From the NCBI GenBank assembly GCA_963793305.1, contig CAWBZV010000003.1, positions 1,472,001-1,536,000 on the forward strand: a DNA stretch of 64,000 nucleotides, in the 5' to 3' direction. The notes under the pieces are model-generated. The model was not told the DNA's origin, made no database searches, and saw only the letters and a list, made by a program, of their open reading frames with translations. The translations under genes and the position numbers were made by a program. Of this stretch, positions 52,362-61,993 are shown one piece after another. How positions within the stretch are numbered: position 1 is the stretch's first letter; every line of letters starts with the position of its first letter. This DNA is from an uncultured Gemmatimonadales bacterium (GTDB taxonomy: Bacteria; Gemmatimonadota; Gemmatimonadetes; Gemmatimonadales; Gemmatimonadaceae).

Positions 52362-54140
52362 ATGAATCTCGTCTTTGCCCTCCAGTTGGCCGCTGTCGCG
52401 TCCGCGCCAATCAGCCATATCCACTACGAGGTCACAGCGGACTCCGCCAACGTGGCCGACCGAACCCTCGGCGTCGTCACGACGTTCGATGTCGACGGCT
52501 CAGGCCAGGTGATGCTCGCGCTCCCGGGTTGGACACCGGGCGCGTACGAGATGTCCTGGTTCGCGCGCTGGGTGCACGATTTCACCGTGACGACAGCCAA
52601 TGGCCGGCCGCTCACGTGGGACAAGGCCGACTACCAGACGTGGCGGATCGAGCCCGCCGGCGCGAAGTCGATCAAGGTCAGCTTCCGCTACGAAGCCGAC
52701 ACGCTCGACAATGCAATGGCCTGGACGGGACACGATTTCGTGCTGTTCAACGGCACGAATCTCTTTCTCTATCCGGTCGGCCGCGACGTGACGTCGCCCA
52801 CGGTGACAGTGCACACGCACGCCGGATGGCGCGTCGCCACCGGCATGGCCGCGGCCGCGACACCGGGCTCGTACGGCGCACCCAACTATCACGATCTGGT
52901 CGATATGCCGTTCTTCGTCGGCCGTTTCGATATCGATAGCGTGCGCACGGTAGACCGCTGGGTCCGGCTCGCCACGTACCCCCTCGGGATCGTCGCCGGT
53001 GCGCGCCGGCAAGCAGCGTTGAGCGCGATAGCGAAGGTGATCCCGCCCGAGTCGGCGGTCTTCCATGAGACGCCCTGGTCGAGCTACACCGTGCTCGAGA
53101 TCGCCGACTCGTCATTCGGCGGCGCGAGTGGTCTCGAGCACCAGAACTCGCACGTCGATGTCATCACGGCCCAGGGACTGGAGAGCGACTTCATCCCCAG
53201 CCTGTACGCGCACGAGATCTTCCACTCGTGGAACGTCAAGCGTCTGCGGCCGGCCGAGATGGTGCCGTATAAGTACGACGCGCCCGAGCCGACGCCCTGG
53301 CTCTGGGTCAGCGAGGGGATCACCGACTACTACGCCGATCTCGCCGAGGTTCGCGGCGGAGTCGTTGGCGACTCGGGCTTCTATGATCTCACCGCCGGCA
53401 AGATCGACCAGGTCGCCGCCGCGCCCTCATCGGCGCTGACGGACGCGTCCCTCACGACGTGGATCCACCCGACCGATGGCTCCGAATACGTGTATTACCC
53501 GAAGGGCTCGCTCGCCGGATTCATGATCGACGTGATCATCCGCGACGCGAGCGACAATCGGCGGTCGCTCGATGATGTCATGCGCGAGCTCTACGAGACG
53601 ACATACAAGAAGGGCCGCGGATTCACGGCCGCGGATTGGTGGGGGGCCGTGAGTCGTGCCGCCGGCGGGAAGTCGTTCGACGAGTTCAATCGCCGGTATA
53701 TCGACGGACGCGAGCCGTTCCCCTGGGACACCATCCTGCCGCTCGCCGGCCTCCGCTTGCAGGCCGACTCGGTCCGCGAGTTGCGGCTCGGCGTCTTCAG
53801 CGCGCCGGATTCGTCAGGGCACGTGCGCGTGGTCAACGTAGAGGCGGGCAGCTCGGCGGCCGAAGCCGGCGTTCATAGCGGCGACGTGCTCGTGTCGATC
53901 GGCGATGTCGCGGTAACCGACGTGAACTTCGGCGCGCGCATCCGCGCCCGGTACGCCGCGGCCACGCCCGGCGCCGTGATTCCCGTGACGGTCGTGCGCG
54001 ACGGGTCGACGATGACGCTCTCGGCTCCGGCCCGGTTTCGAACCCACGTGAGCGCCCACATTTCGGCCGATCCGGCGGCTACGCTCAAGGCGAAACGGGT
54101 GCGAGCTGGGATTCTCCACGGGACGGTCGGCGCCGCATAA
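52362..54140 (+). CDS. M61 glycyl aminopeptidase with C-terminal PDZ domain
   Basis: WTPGAY, GLEHQNS, HEIFHSWNVKRLRP, WVSEGITDYY, YYPKG, AAEAGVHSGDVLV. Confidence 0.93.
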   Translation: MNLVFALQLAAVASAPISHIHYEVTADSANVADRTLGVVTTFDVDGSGQVMLALPGWTPGAYEMSWFARWVHDFTVTTANGRPLTWDKADYQTWRIEPAGAKSIKVSFRYEADTLDNAMAWTGHDFVLFNGTNLFLYPVGRDVTSPTVTVHTHAGWRVATGMAAAATPGSYGAPNYHDLVDMPFFVGRFDIDSVRTVDRWVRLATYPLGIVAGARRQAALSAIAKVIPPESAVFHETPWSSYTVLEIADSSFGGASGLEHQNSHVDVITAQGLESDFIPSLYAHEIFHSWNVKRLRPAEMVPYKYDAPEPTPWLWVSEGITDYYADLAEVRGGVVGDSGFYDLTAGKIDQVAAAPSSALTDASLTTWIHPTDGSEYVYYPKGSLAGFMIDVIIRDASDNRRSLDDVMRELYETTYKKGRGFTAADWWGAVSRAAGGKSFDEFNRRYIDGREPFPWDTILPLAGLRLQADSVRELRLGVFSAPDSSGHVRVVNVEAGSSAAEAGVHSGDVLVSIGDVAVTDVNFGARIRARYAAATPGAVIPVTVVRDGSTMTLSAPARFRTHVSAHISADPAATLKAKRVRAGILHGTVGAA

Positions 54141-55453
54141 GCGTCTCGATCTCCGCGGCTTCGCGTGGGGCGTTCGATATCCGTCGAACGCCCGCGGGCG
54201 TGGCGATGTAATCGTCCTCGATGCGTACGCCGATGTTCGCGTATCGCTTGATCGCCGGACGAATCTTGTCGATCATCGCCCGATTTCTCGGCGTATCGGG
54301 CACGGTCTCTATCAGGTTCGACCTGACATAGAGGCCTGGCTCTATCGTGAACGCGCTGCCGGCGGCGATGCGACCCGTGAAATAAAATTGCTCGGGATCA
54401 TGCACTTCGAGCCCGATGCCGTGCCCCAGACCGTGCATGTAGTACAGTGCGTATTGCGCGCAGAGACGATCAGCGCCGCACTCGTACGTCGCGTCGGCCG
54501 CCTCGATGAGCCCGAGCCGGGCGAGGCCGGCCGCCAGGACTGCCGTGGCGGAATCACTCATGCGCCGCGCCGGCGCGTCGAGCAGAGCCTGTCGCTCCGC
54601 CGTCGCCTGTGCGTCGCGAACGATCTGATACACCGCGCGCTGGTCTGAGGTATAGTGGCCGCTGACCGGTACGGTCCGCGTGACGTCGCCGGCGTATCCT
54701 CGATACGATGCCCCGAACGTCCATGACGACGAGATCACCGGCCTGCATCACGCGATTGTCGATGTTGTAATGCAGCACGGTCGCATTCGGCCCGGAGCCA
54801 ACCGTGCTGGCGAACGACGGCCGATCCGCGCCCTCACTGCGAAACGTGTACTCGATGCGCGCCTGCACCTGATATTCGTTCACGCCGGGCGCGACAACCG
54901 AGAGCGCCGCCCGCTCGCCGTCGGATGTGATCGAGGCCGCCCGCGTCAGGAGGTCGAGCTCGGTGGTGCTCTTCGTTCCTCGCAACTGCTCGATCAGGCG
55001 AGTCCCGTCTGAGACAATGGCGTGAGGGTGCGCGCGAATAAGCGCCGCGACATCGCCGGGCGGTGCAACCACACCGAGCGTCGTGCTGTCCTTGAGCAAT
55101 GAATCGAGGACATCCTCCAGGTCAGCTCGTGGTCGGGCGGGAACGCCGGTGATGTGCGTTGCGCCCGCTGGCCCCATGCGCTGACCACTCCAGACCTCCT
55201 GCGCCGGGTCCTTGGCCTCCACGAACAGCATGCCCGACCCGTGCTTGATGATGAGAACCGCCGCATCCGGTTCGTTCACGCCGGTCAGATACATGAACGA
55301 TGGCGCCTGCTCGAACGACAGATAATCCTCGGCAGGCTCGGGCGCGCCGAGGACCAGGAGATAGTCGCTCGGCATGCTCGCCGCGACCGTGGCGCGACGC
55401 GCGGCGTACTCTCCGATGGTGATCTGCGCGAACAGCGCGATCGCGAGGATCAC
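54085..55453 (-). CDS. pepP: Xaa-Pro aminopeptidase (M24B); +1 frameshift at 54716-54717
   Basis: FMYLTG, GSGPNATVLHY, VMDVGASY (after correction), GDVTRT, HGLGHGIGLEVHD, TIEPGLY, GVRIEDD. Confidence 0.9.
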
Positions 55454-56148
55454 CGATTCGCGGGCACGAACTGCCAGCGCGCGCTGACCGAGACGGAAAT
55501 GGTGATCGGCCCCGCGTCGATTGGCGTCGGCGCCGCCGCCGCGCCCCCGGCCATCGCGCGCGCATACATGATCGGTCGAATCCCGTTGTCCCCGCTCGCC
55601 GTCAGCTCGATAAGCGGCCCGAGCGTGCCCCCGGCGCTTCGCGCCAGCACCTCGGCATCTCCGCGCGCTTGCACCGTCGCCCGCGCGAGCGCCTCACGCC
55701 TGGCGCTGTCCGCGTTCGACGCCGTGAACTGCAAGCTGCCGATGCTATTGGCGCCGCCGGCCAGCGCTGCGTCGATCGCCCGCCCGACGTCGTCGATCTT
55801 CCGGATGTCCACACGCACCGTGTTGCGCGCGAGATATCCGGTGACGTTCCGTTGGGTGTATTGCGGCTGGACACTGTAGCCGGACGTGCCGAGCTGCTCG
55901 CGCGTGAGGCCGATCGCGCGAAGCGTGTCCAGCGTGGCTTTCGTGAGACGGGAGTTCTCGGCGGCCGCCGCCGCCGCGGTCGCGGCGCGCGTCTCGACGG
56001 CGACGAGAACGGTCGCGCGATCGGCCGGTGCGTCGGCATGCGCCTCGGCGGTCGTGACAATCGCCGGTGGTTGCGGCGCCGCGACTTGCGCCCGCAACGG
56101 CAACGCCAACGCCACGGAAAGGAGCAACGCCATGTCGACTATTCGCAT
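55450..56148 (-). CDS. SIMPL/DUF541 domain protein
   Basis: Signal peptide, SVQPQY, GYLARNTVRV, IDAALAGGAN, ARGDAEVLA. Confidence 0.9.
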   Translation of the reverse strand: MRIVDMALLLSVALALPLRAQVAAPQPPAIVTTAEAHADAPADRATVLVAVETRAATAAAAAAENSRLTKATLDTLRAIGLTREQLGTSGYSVQPQYTQRNVTGYLARNTVRVDIRKIDDVGRAIDAALAGGANSIGSLQFTASNADSARREALARATVQARGDAEVLARSAGGTLGPLIELTASGDNGIRPIMYARAMAGGAAAAPTPIDAGPITISVSVSARWQFVPANR

Positions 56149-56215
56149 ATCCGGCCCCTGGGGGTTTGGGGGGGTGACTCACGATTTCGACTATTCGTCC
56201 CGCAAGATATCTTGA

Positions 56216-58067
56216 ATGGCCATGGCCGTGTCCACCCGTGCACTGGAACAAGTCGTCGACGTTGAGACGCCGGAGCAGGTCGTCCTCACGTTCACGATCG
56301 CCGGGATCGGATCGCGGGCCGCCGCGGCAGTGGTCGACTCGCTCATCCTCCTGATCCTGTTCATTGCATCCAGCTTGATCATGGGCAGCTTGGTGAGCCG
56401 GGGGATCCATCACGTCTCCTCGGTCGAGTCCATCATCCTTGCGCTCTGGGTCCTGCTTACCTTCGCGATGGTCTGGGGTTACTACGTCCTGTTCGAGGCG
56501 ATCTGGGACGGCCAGACGCCGGGCAAGCGGGTAATCGGTCTCCGGGTCGTTCGCGATGGCGGATATTCGATCACCTTCGCTGCGTCCGCGGTCCGGAACC
56601 TCACGCGCGCGCTCGATGCGCAGCCGGGTGTCTTCTATTTCGTCGGGCTGGTCAGCGCGATCATCTCGCCGAGTGGCAAGCGACTGGGCGACTATGCCGC
56701 GGGGACGATCGTGGTCAGCGAGCGCGCGGTCACCGAGCGCGGCGCGGCGCCTCCGCCCATTCCCTCCGGCGGCACGGCGATCGCGACCACGACGTATCTC
56801 ACGGACGACGAGTTTGCGCTCCTCGACCGGTATGAGCAGCGACGCGCCTCGCTCGATCGGGTGCATGCGTTCCAATTCGAGTCCGATCTGGCGGACCGGT
56901 TTCGGAAGCGGGCGCCGTCGACCGTCGCGACCGATCGCGTGTTCCTCGCCGAGTTGTGGGCGGCGGAGCGCGACGCGCGCGCCCGCGGCGCGGCGGCGCG
57001 CAGCGACACGGGCGCCGCGCGCGAGCAGTATGCGCTCGTCGCGCAAGGCGGAGAGCGGTGGCGCGAGTTCGCCGCGCGGCTGGCCGTGTTGCGGCGGGGA
57101 GGGCTGGCCAAGCTTCCCGAGGAAGACGTTCTCCGACTTCGTCGCCCGCTATCGCGAGCTCACCACGGACTTGGCGCGCCTGACGACCGCCAGTCGCGGC
57201 CGGGACACGCAATCCCTGTGGTACTTGAACCGCCTGGTCGCCAGCGGTCACGCGATGCTGTATCGCGATCGTCCGATAGCGCCCGGCTCCGTCTGGCGAT
57301 TCATCACGCGGTCTATTCCTAAGGAGATCCGCCGGTCGTGGCGGCCGATCGTCCTCGCCGCGCTGCTGCTCTACGTCCCTGCGGTCGTCGCCTGGGTCGG
57401 TGTCGTCCGGGATCCCGCATCGGCATCCTCGTTCATTCCGTCCGGTATGCTCGACCGCGCGGAAGAGGGCATCACGCGCGCCCGCGAAGGAACGGGATAC
57501 ATCGCCGATGACCCGCTCATGCGTCCGTTGATCTCGAGCACCGTGATCTCGAACAATATCGGTGTGTCATTCAGCGCATTCGCCGGCGGACTCTCGGCGG
57601 GCATCCTCACCGTGGTCGCGCTCGTCTTCAACGGCATCGAGCTCGGCGGCGTCTTCGGCCTCTATCAGTCCAAAGGCATTCTGCCGCTCATCGTGAAGTT
57701 CGTCGCGCCGCACAGCGTGTTCGAGCTGACCGCCATCTGCATTGCTGGTGGCGCGGGCTTCCTGCTCGCGGCCGGTATCCTGTTGCCGGGTTCGCTGACG
57801 CGGCGCGAAGCACTGATCGCGAACGGTCAACGGGCGATTCGGCTTATTGCGGGTGCAACGTTGCTGTTGCTCTGTGCGGGAACGCTCGAGGGACTCATCT
57901 CCCCCATCCCTTGGTGGACGCTGGCACAGAAACTGACTGTATCGGGGCTGACAGCGGTAATCCTTGCTCTTTATATCAGCTTAGGATGGCATGATGATGA
58001 TAAAACGATCACTGGCACTACTGACGGCGTTGCCGGCGCTGCTCCTCACGGCCGATCTGCACCATGA
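56216..58067 (+). CDS. RDD domain fused to a SpoIIM-like membrane domain; +1 frameshift at 57129-57130
   Basis: ETPEQV, AGIGSRAAA, GQTPGKR, KRLGDYAAGT; after correction EEDVSDFVARYRELTTDLA, ISNNIGV, PHSVFELTAI, LEGLISP. Confidence 0.87.
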
Positions 58068-58512
58068 TGTGCTGAAGGCGGTATCGACGTTCAAGATGTT
58101 CGATCCGTCGATGGAAAAATTCTTCGACGCGTCGGCGGGATACGCGGTGTTTCCCGGCGTGACGAAGGGTGCCATTGGTGTTGGCGCTGCTCATGGCGAT
58201 GGCGAAGTCATCGTACACGGCGCGGTGATCGGCACGACATTGCTCACGCAAGTGACCGTGGGCGCACAACTCGGCGGTCAGCAATACTCCGAGATTATCT
58301 TCTTCGACAGCAAGGACGCGCTCGAGTCGTTCAAGGGCGGCCACTTCACGATGGCCGCGCAAGTCAGTGCGGTAGCGGCCGCGGAGGGCGCCTCGGCCAA
58401 CGCCAAGTACAGTCAAGGCGTGGCGGTATTCACGGTCGCCAAAGGCGGCTTGATGTACGAGGCCAGCATCGGCGGGCAGAAGTTCAGTTTCCACCCCAAA
58501 GAAACGAGCTAA
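57991..58512 (+). CDS. YSC84/SYLF-like lipid-binding protein
   Basis: Signal peptide, GYAVFPGVTKGAIGVG, GAQLGGQQY, KGGLMYEASIGGQKFSF. Confidence 0.88.
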   Translation: MMMIKRSLALLTALPALLLTADLHHDVLKAVSTFKMFDPSMEKFFDASAGYAVFPGVTKGAIGVGAAHGDGEVIVHGAVIGTTLLTQVTVGAQLGGQQYSEIIFFDSKDALESFKGGHFTMAAQVSAVAAAEGASANAKYSQGVAVFTVAKGGLMYEASIGGQKFSFHPKETS

Positions 58513-58582
58513 CGCCGCTCTACGGTGGCTGTCTACCCCGGCGCCGTATCCGGGCGCTGGGGCCGCGGGCGAACTTGCCCGC

Positions 58583-58924
58583 ATGCGACTCGTCGTATTG
58601 TGCCTTGCCGTTGCCTGCATTGCGCAGGGCTGCCGGTCCCCGTCATACGCCGAGTCTCCGCTCGCCGACTTCGATGGTCGCATTGATCGCGTCGGCGACC
58701 GGCTTTCGGGTAACGTCATCGCCCATTTGAGTCCCGGCAGCCCGCGTGTGAGCGTCGTGGGCTCGGTCTCTGGCCGAGACGTTCGGCTCTGGTTCGGGTC
58801 GGATTTCGTCTTTTCCGGCACCATTGATGACGCACCGGATGCGGCGACCGGCGCGATCGCCGTCAGCGGCATTCTCATTGGACCGGACTTGGGACCTGTC
58901 CCCGAACGCTTGACGCTTCGCTAG
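58583..58924 (+). CDS. Hypothetical small lipoprotein
   Basis: MRLVVLCLAVACIAQGC signal/lipobox-like N-terminus; beta-rich mature part. Confidence 0.6.
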   Translation: MRLVVLCLAVACIAQGCRSPSYAESPLADFDGRIDRVGDRLSGNVIAHLSPGSPRVSVVGSVSGRDVRLWFGSDFVFSGTIDDAPDAATGAIAVSGILIGPDLGPVPERLTLR

Positions 58925-58936
58925 ATTGCCCAGGGT

Positions 58937-59278
58937 ATGGTGCCGGCTCAAGACGAGCCGACGCTCGCCGCGCTGATCACGCGAGCAGCCGACCACGCGT
59001 CGACCCGTATCCTGCTCACCTGCGCCGTTCTGGGCGCACTGACCGCGCTCACGCCGTGGGTGGTACGGACCACCCCACGCGTCGTGCCGACGGCCCTTGG
59101 CATCTGCCTCGTCGCGTTCGGAGTCCGTGGTCTCGCGACCCATGCCTTGGCCGCTGATCCGGCCGTCACAACACTGCGCGTGCTGGCACGCATCAGTGTC
59201 GGTGTCGGCGTCATATCCGGAGTCGTTGGCGCTTTCTGGCTGTTCTTCCTCGCCTACGGCAGCTCATTCTGGAACTGA
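58937..59278 (+). CDS. Hypothetical three-TM membrane protein
   Basis: Three hydrophobic segments; stop codon overlaps a CTG in the frame of the next gene. Confidence 0.65.
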   Translation: MVPAQDEPTLAALITRAADHASTRILLTCAVLGALTALTPWVVRTTPRVVPTALGICLVAFGVRGLATHALAADPAVTTLRVLARISVGVGVISGVVGAFWLFFLAYGSSFWN

Positions 59279-60468
59279 GCGGCCCGAACGTCCCCGTCAG
59301 GCATTTGGCGTTCTTTCGCGCCGCCAGTGCTGAGCTCGAAGGATCGAGCGAGTACCGGACTCTGCTCGCCGGGGTGGTCGTCATGCGGCTGGTCGATAAG
59401 TGGCGATCGCGCGACGGCGACAGTGAGCGACAGGTTCGCGATTTTGCGCCCGTCCAACAGACGATCGACGCGCTCGATGACAGTACGCACCGGCGGGCGC
59501 TGCAGGCTCTCATCGATGCGATCAGCGCGCATATCGATGGGGCCGCCGATATGCGTGTCGCGAGGTTGTACGACTACGGGCTTTGTCTGGAGCGCGACGC
59601 GCGCTGGGATCCAGCCGCGGACGTCCATCTGACAGCGATCGATCTGACGCCGCAGAACCAGTCGCTCGTCCCTCGGTGCTGTCGACAGGCCAGCGCATGC
59701 TTCCGCAAAATGGGCGATCTCGACCGAGCCGAGCAACTCGCGCTAGATGGACAGCGGGTCGCCCGAGAGATGGGTGACCAGCCGTGGTTGTTGCGGTTGC
59801 GGATCACCGCGTCCAAGATCCCCTGGTATAGGGGCGATCTGTCGACGGCGGAACGATTGCTCGAAAGTGTCATCGCGGACGCCGACGCCATTGGCTTAAC
59901 CGAGATATCCGCGGCGGCGTGCCAAGATCTGGGCGCGCTCGCCAGCGATCGGAACCAGCCCGAGCTCTCGGCGCGGTACTTGTACGCGGCGCTCAAGGGG
60001 TTGGACGACCCGAGCGAGAAAATCCGCGCGATGGGAGATCTCGCGGCCGCGCTTCAAGACTGCGGGTATTTCGAACAGGCGTGGGCGCTGTTCTCGACGG
60101 TCCGTCAGTCGCCATATGCCGATGCCGAGACACGCACCTATGCGTCACTGAACATGTTATACGGCGCCACTCTGTCGGGCGAACGGTCGCAGTTCGATCA
60201 ATTGAGCCACGAGCTCCGCGATCAGCCGCTCAGCGCGCGCCAGCGCGCCAGCTATCACGTATTTCTCGGGAAGGGCTATCTCAGGTTCCATGAGCCGTGG
60301 AAAGCTCGGGTAGAGTTCGCGGAGGCGGCCATGGTCGCCCGTGACGGCGGTGTCGTCAGGTTTCGGCGCGAAGCCGAGATGCTACTGGGAATGGGGCTCG
60401 AGGTGATCCTCGACGACATTCGGCATCGCCGCGGGGCGTTCGAAGAGGCGTTTGTCGCGGTTGGATGA
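59275..60468 (+). CDS. Cytoplasmic TPR-like protein, paralog 1 (probable CTG start at 59275; first canonical start TTG 59305)
   Basis: All-helical TPR-like repeats (RKMGDLDRAEQL, YRGDLSTAERLL, DCGYFEQAWAL); end-to-end similarity to the next gene. Confidence 0.85.
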   Translation: MSGPNVPVRHLAFFRAASAELEGSSEYRTLLAGVVVMRLVDKWRSRDGDSERQVRDFAPVQQTIDALDDSTHRRALQALIDAISAHIDGAADMRVARLYDYGLCLERDARWDPAADVHLTAIDLTPQNQSLVPRCCRQASACFRKMGDLDRAEQLALDGQRVAREMGDQPWLLRLRITASKIPWYRGDLSTAERLLESVIADADAIGLTEISAAACQDLGALASDRNQPELSARYLYAALKGLDDPSEKIRAMGDLAAALQDCGYFEQAWALFSTVRQSPYADAETRTYASLNMLYGATLSGERSQFDQLSHELRDQPLSARQRASYHVFLGKGYLRFHEPWKARVEFAEAAMVARDGGVVRFRREAEMLLGMGLEVILDDIRHRRGAFEEAFVAVG

Positions 60469-60533
60469 GGCCACGGGCAGCCAAGCCCGTCAGTGTCTTG
60501 TTTCAAGTCTGTTGTTTTTCGCAATTACATCAT

Positions 60534-61973
60534 ATGTTCGCGCGCGTGTTCTATTGCTCCGGTCCCGAGCGCCATACGTGGAGCGACGAGGCTGACGCGG
60601 CCCGTTGCTGCAACGGATACCGTCTCGTGCGCGGTTTCGAGGCCGAACCGGACGGGACGTACCGTCTCGTCCGCTCGTGGGAGCCCGCGACGGAGGCCGT
60701 GAACCACTCACCGAGATCCGCCCCCGTGATCGACGCCGACCCGCCCATCAACCCGAACGTCCCGGTCCGCCACATGGCGTTCTTCCGAGCCGCGAGTGCC
60801 GAGACCGAAGGGTCGATGGAGTACAAGACGGTGCTGGCCGGTTTGCTCGTCCTCCGACTGCTCGATAAATGGCGGTCGCGCGTCGACGGCGATCGCGAGC
60901 TCAAGTTCCACGAGTTCGTGGCCGTCAAGCGCGCGGTCGAGGCCATCGCCGATAGTCCGGTGCGTCGGATCCTCGGTGAGCTCGTCAACACGATCAGCGC
61001 GTTCACCGACGGCTCTGCCGACACGCGGGTGCCGAAGCTGATCGCCTACGCGCAACTCCTCGAGCACGACGCGCGCTACGACGTGTCGGCCGATGTGTAC
61101 CTGACCGCGATCGAGCTGGCGAGTGACAAGGAGCTCTTGCCGCTGTGCTATCAGCGCGCGGGCATCAGTCTCCGCCACCTGGGGGAAATCGATCGCGCCG
61201 CGGAGTTGTATCGCGAGGGGTTGGCCATCGCGGTCGAGAATGGCGATCAATTCTGGCTCTTGAGGCTTCGCCTCTCGACGGCACTGCTCGAGTTCCACAA
61301 GGGTGATTTGCCGGAGGCCGAGCGCCAACTCGATGGGATCATTGCCGATGCGGACGTGCTCGCATCACCGGTGGCCGCCGAGGCGCGGCACGAACGTGGG
61401 CGAGTGGCCTATGCGAGAGACCAGGATGCGATCGCCGCCGAGTACTACTATGCGGCGTTGAAGGCGTATGTCGATCCGGCGTTGAAGTTCAGGGTCATGC
61501 ACGACCTCGCGGGCGCGCTCACGGATCTCGGTCACCTGGAGTACGCGCGAACCGTGCTCTCGGCCCTCCACAATGCGGCCCACGCGGACGTTGAGATGGG
61601 ATGCCATGCCGCGCTCAACCTCATGCGCGTCGCCGTGCTGATGGGTGAGCAGGTGAAATTCGACCAGTTGCGGCGCGAGCTCGCCGACAAGCGCCTCACC
61701 GCGCATCAGCGAGCGCACTACCACGTGTTCGTGGGGCAGGGATACTTCCGGTTTGGCGAGCCGGTCAGGGCACGGGACGAATTCGCCCAAGCGTTGGTCA
61801 TCGCGCAGACGCACCGCCTCTACAAGATCCTGATCCAGGCGGACGAGTTGCTCAAGACGACGCCCGAGGAGCGCGCGCCCGCGTGGAAAGACCCGTCGCC
61901 TCGCCCGGGCTTGCTGGCGATACTCGACGAGATCCGGAATCGCCGTGGCGAGTTCGCGGTGGCGACTGAATAG
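60534..61973 (+). CDS. Cytoplasmic TPR-like protein, paralog 2, with a Cys/His-rich N-terminal extension (alternative start 60465)
   Basis: RHLGEIDRAAELY, HKGDLPEAERQL, DLGHLEYARTVL; shares PNVPVRHxAFFRAASAE, WLLRLR, YAALK, FDQL and YHVF with paralog 1. Confidence 0.87.
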   Translation: MFARVFYCSGPERHTWSDEADAARCCNGYRLVRGFEAEPDGTYRLVRSWEPATEAVNHSPRSAPVIDADPPINPNVPVRHMAFFRAASAETEGSMEYKTVLAGLLVLRLLDKWRSRVDGDRELKFHEFVAVKRAVEAIADSPVRRILGELVNTISAFTDGSADTRVPKLIAYAQLLEHDARYDVSADVYLTAIELASDKELLPLCYQRAGISLRHLGEIDRAAELYREGLAIAVENGDQFWLLRLRLSTALLEFHKGDLPEAERQLDGIIADADVLASPVAAEARHERGRVAYARDQDAIAAEYYYAALKAYVDPALKFRVMHDLAGALTDLGHLEYARTVLSALHNAAHADVEMGCHAALNLMRVAVLMGEQVKFDQLRRELADKRLTAHQRAHYHVFVGQGYFRFGEPVRARDEFAQALVIAQTHRLYKILIQADELLKTTPEERAPAWKDPSPRPGLLAILDEIRNRRGEFAVATE

Positions 61974-61983
61974 TCGCCACCGC
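61956..61983. terminator. Perfect 12-bp hairpin between the convergent TPR and peptide genes
   Basis: GCGGTGGCGACT-gaat-AGTCGCCACCGC; contains the TAG stop of TPR paralog 2. Confidence 0.6.
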
Positions 61984-61993
61984 AACGTCTCGA

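Noticed and set aside
54085..54140. Convergent 3' overlaps (also 44760-44791)
   Set aside because: Short tail overlaps are common in stop-poor GC-rich genomes; no further evidence of function
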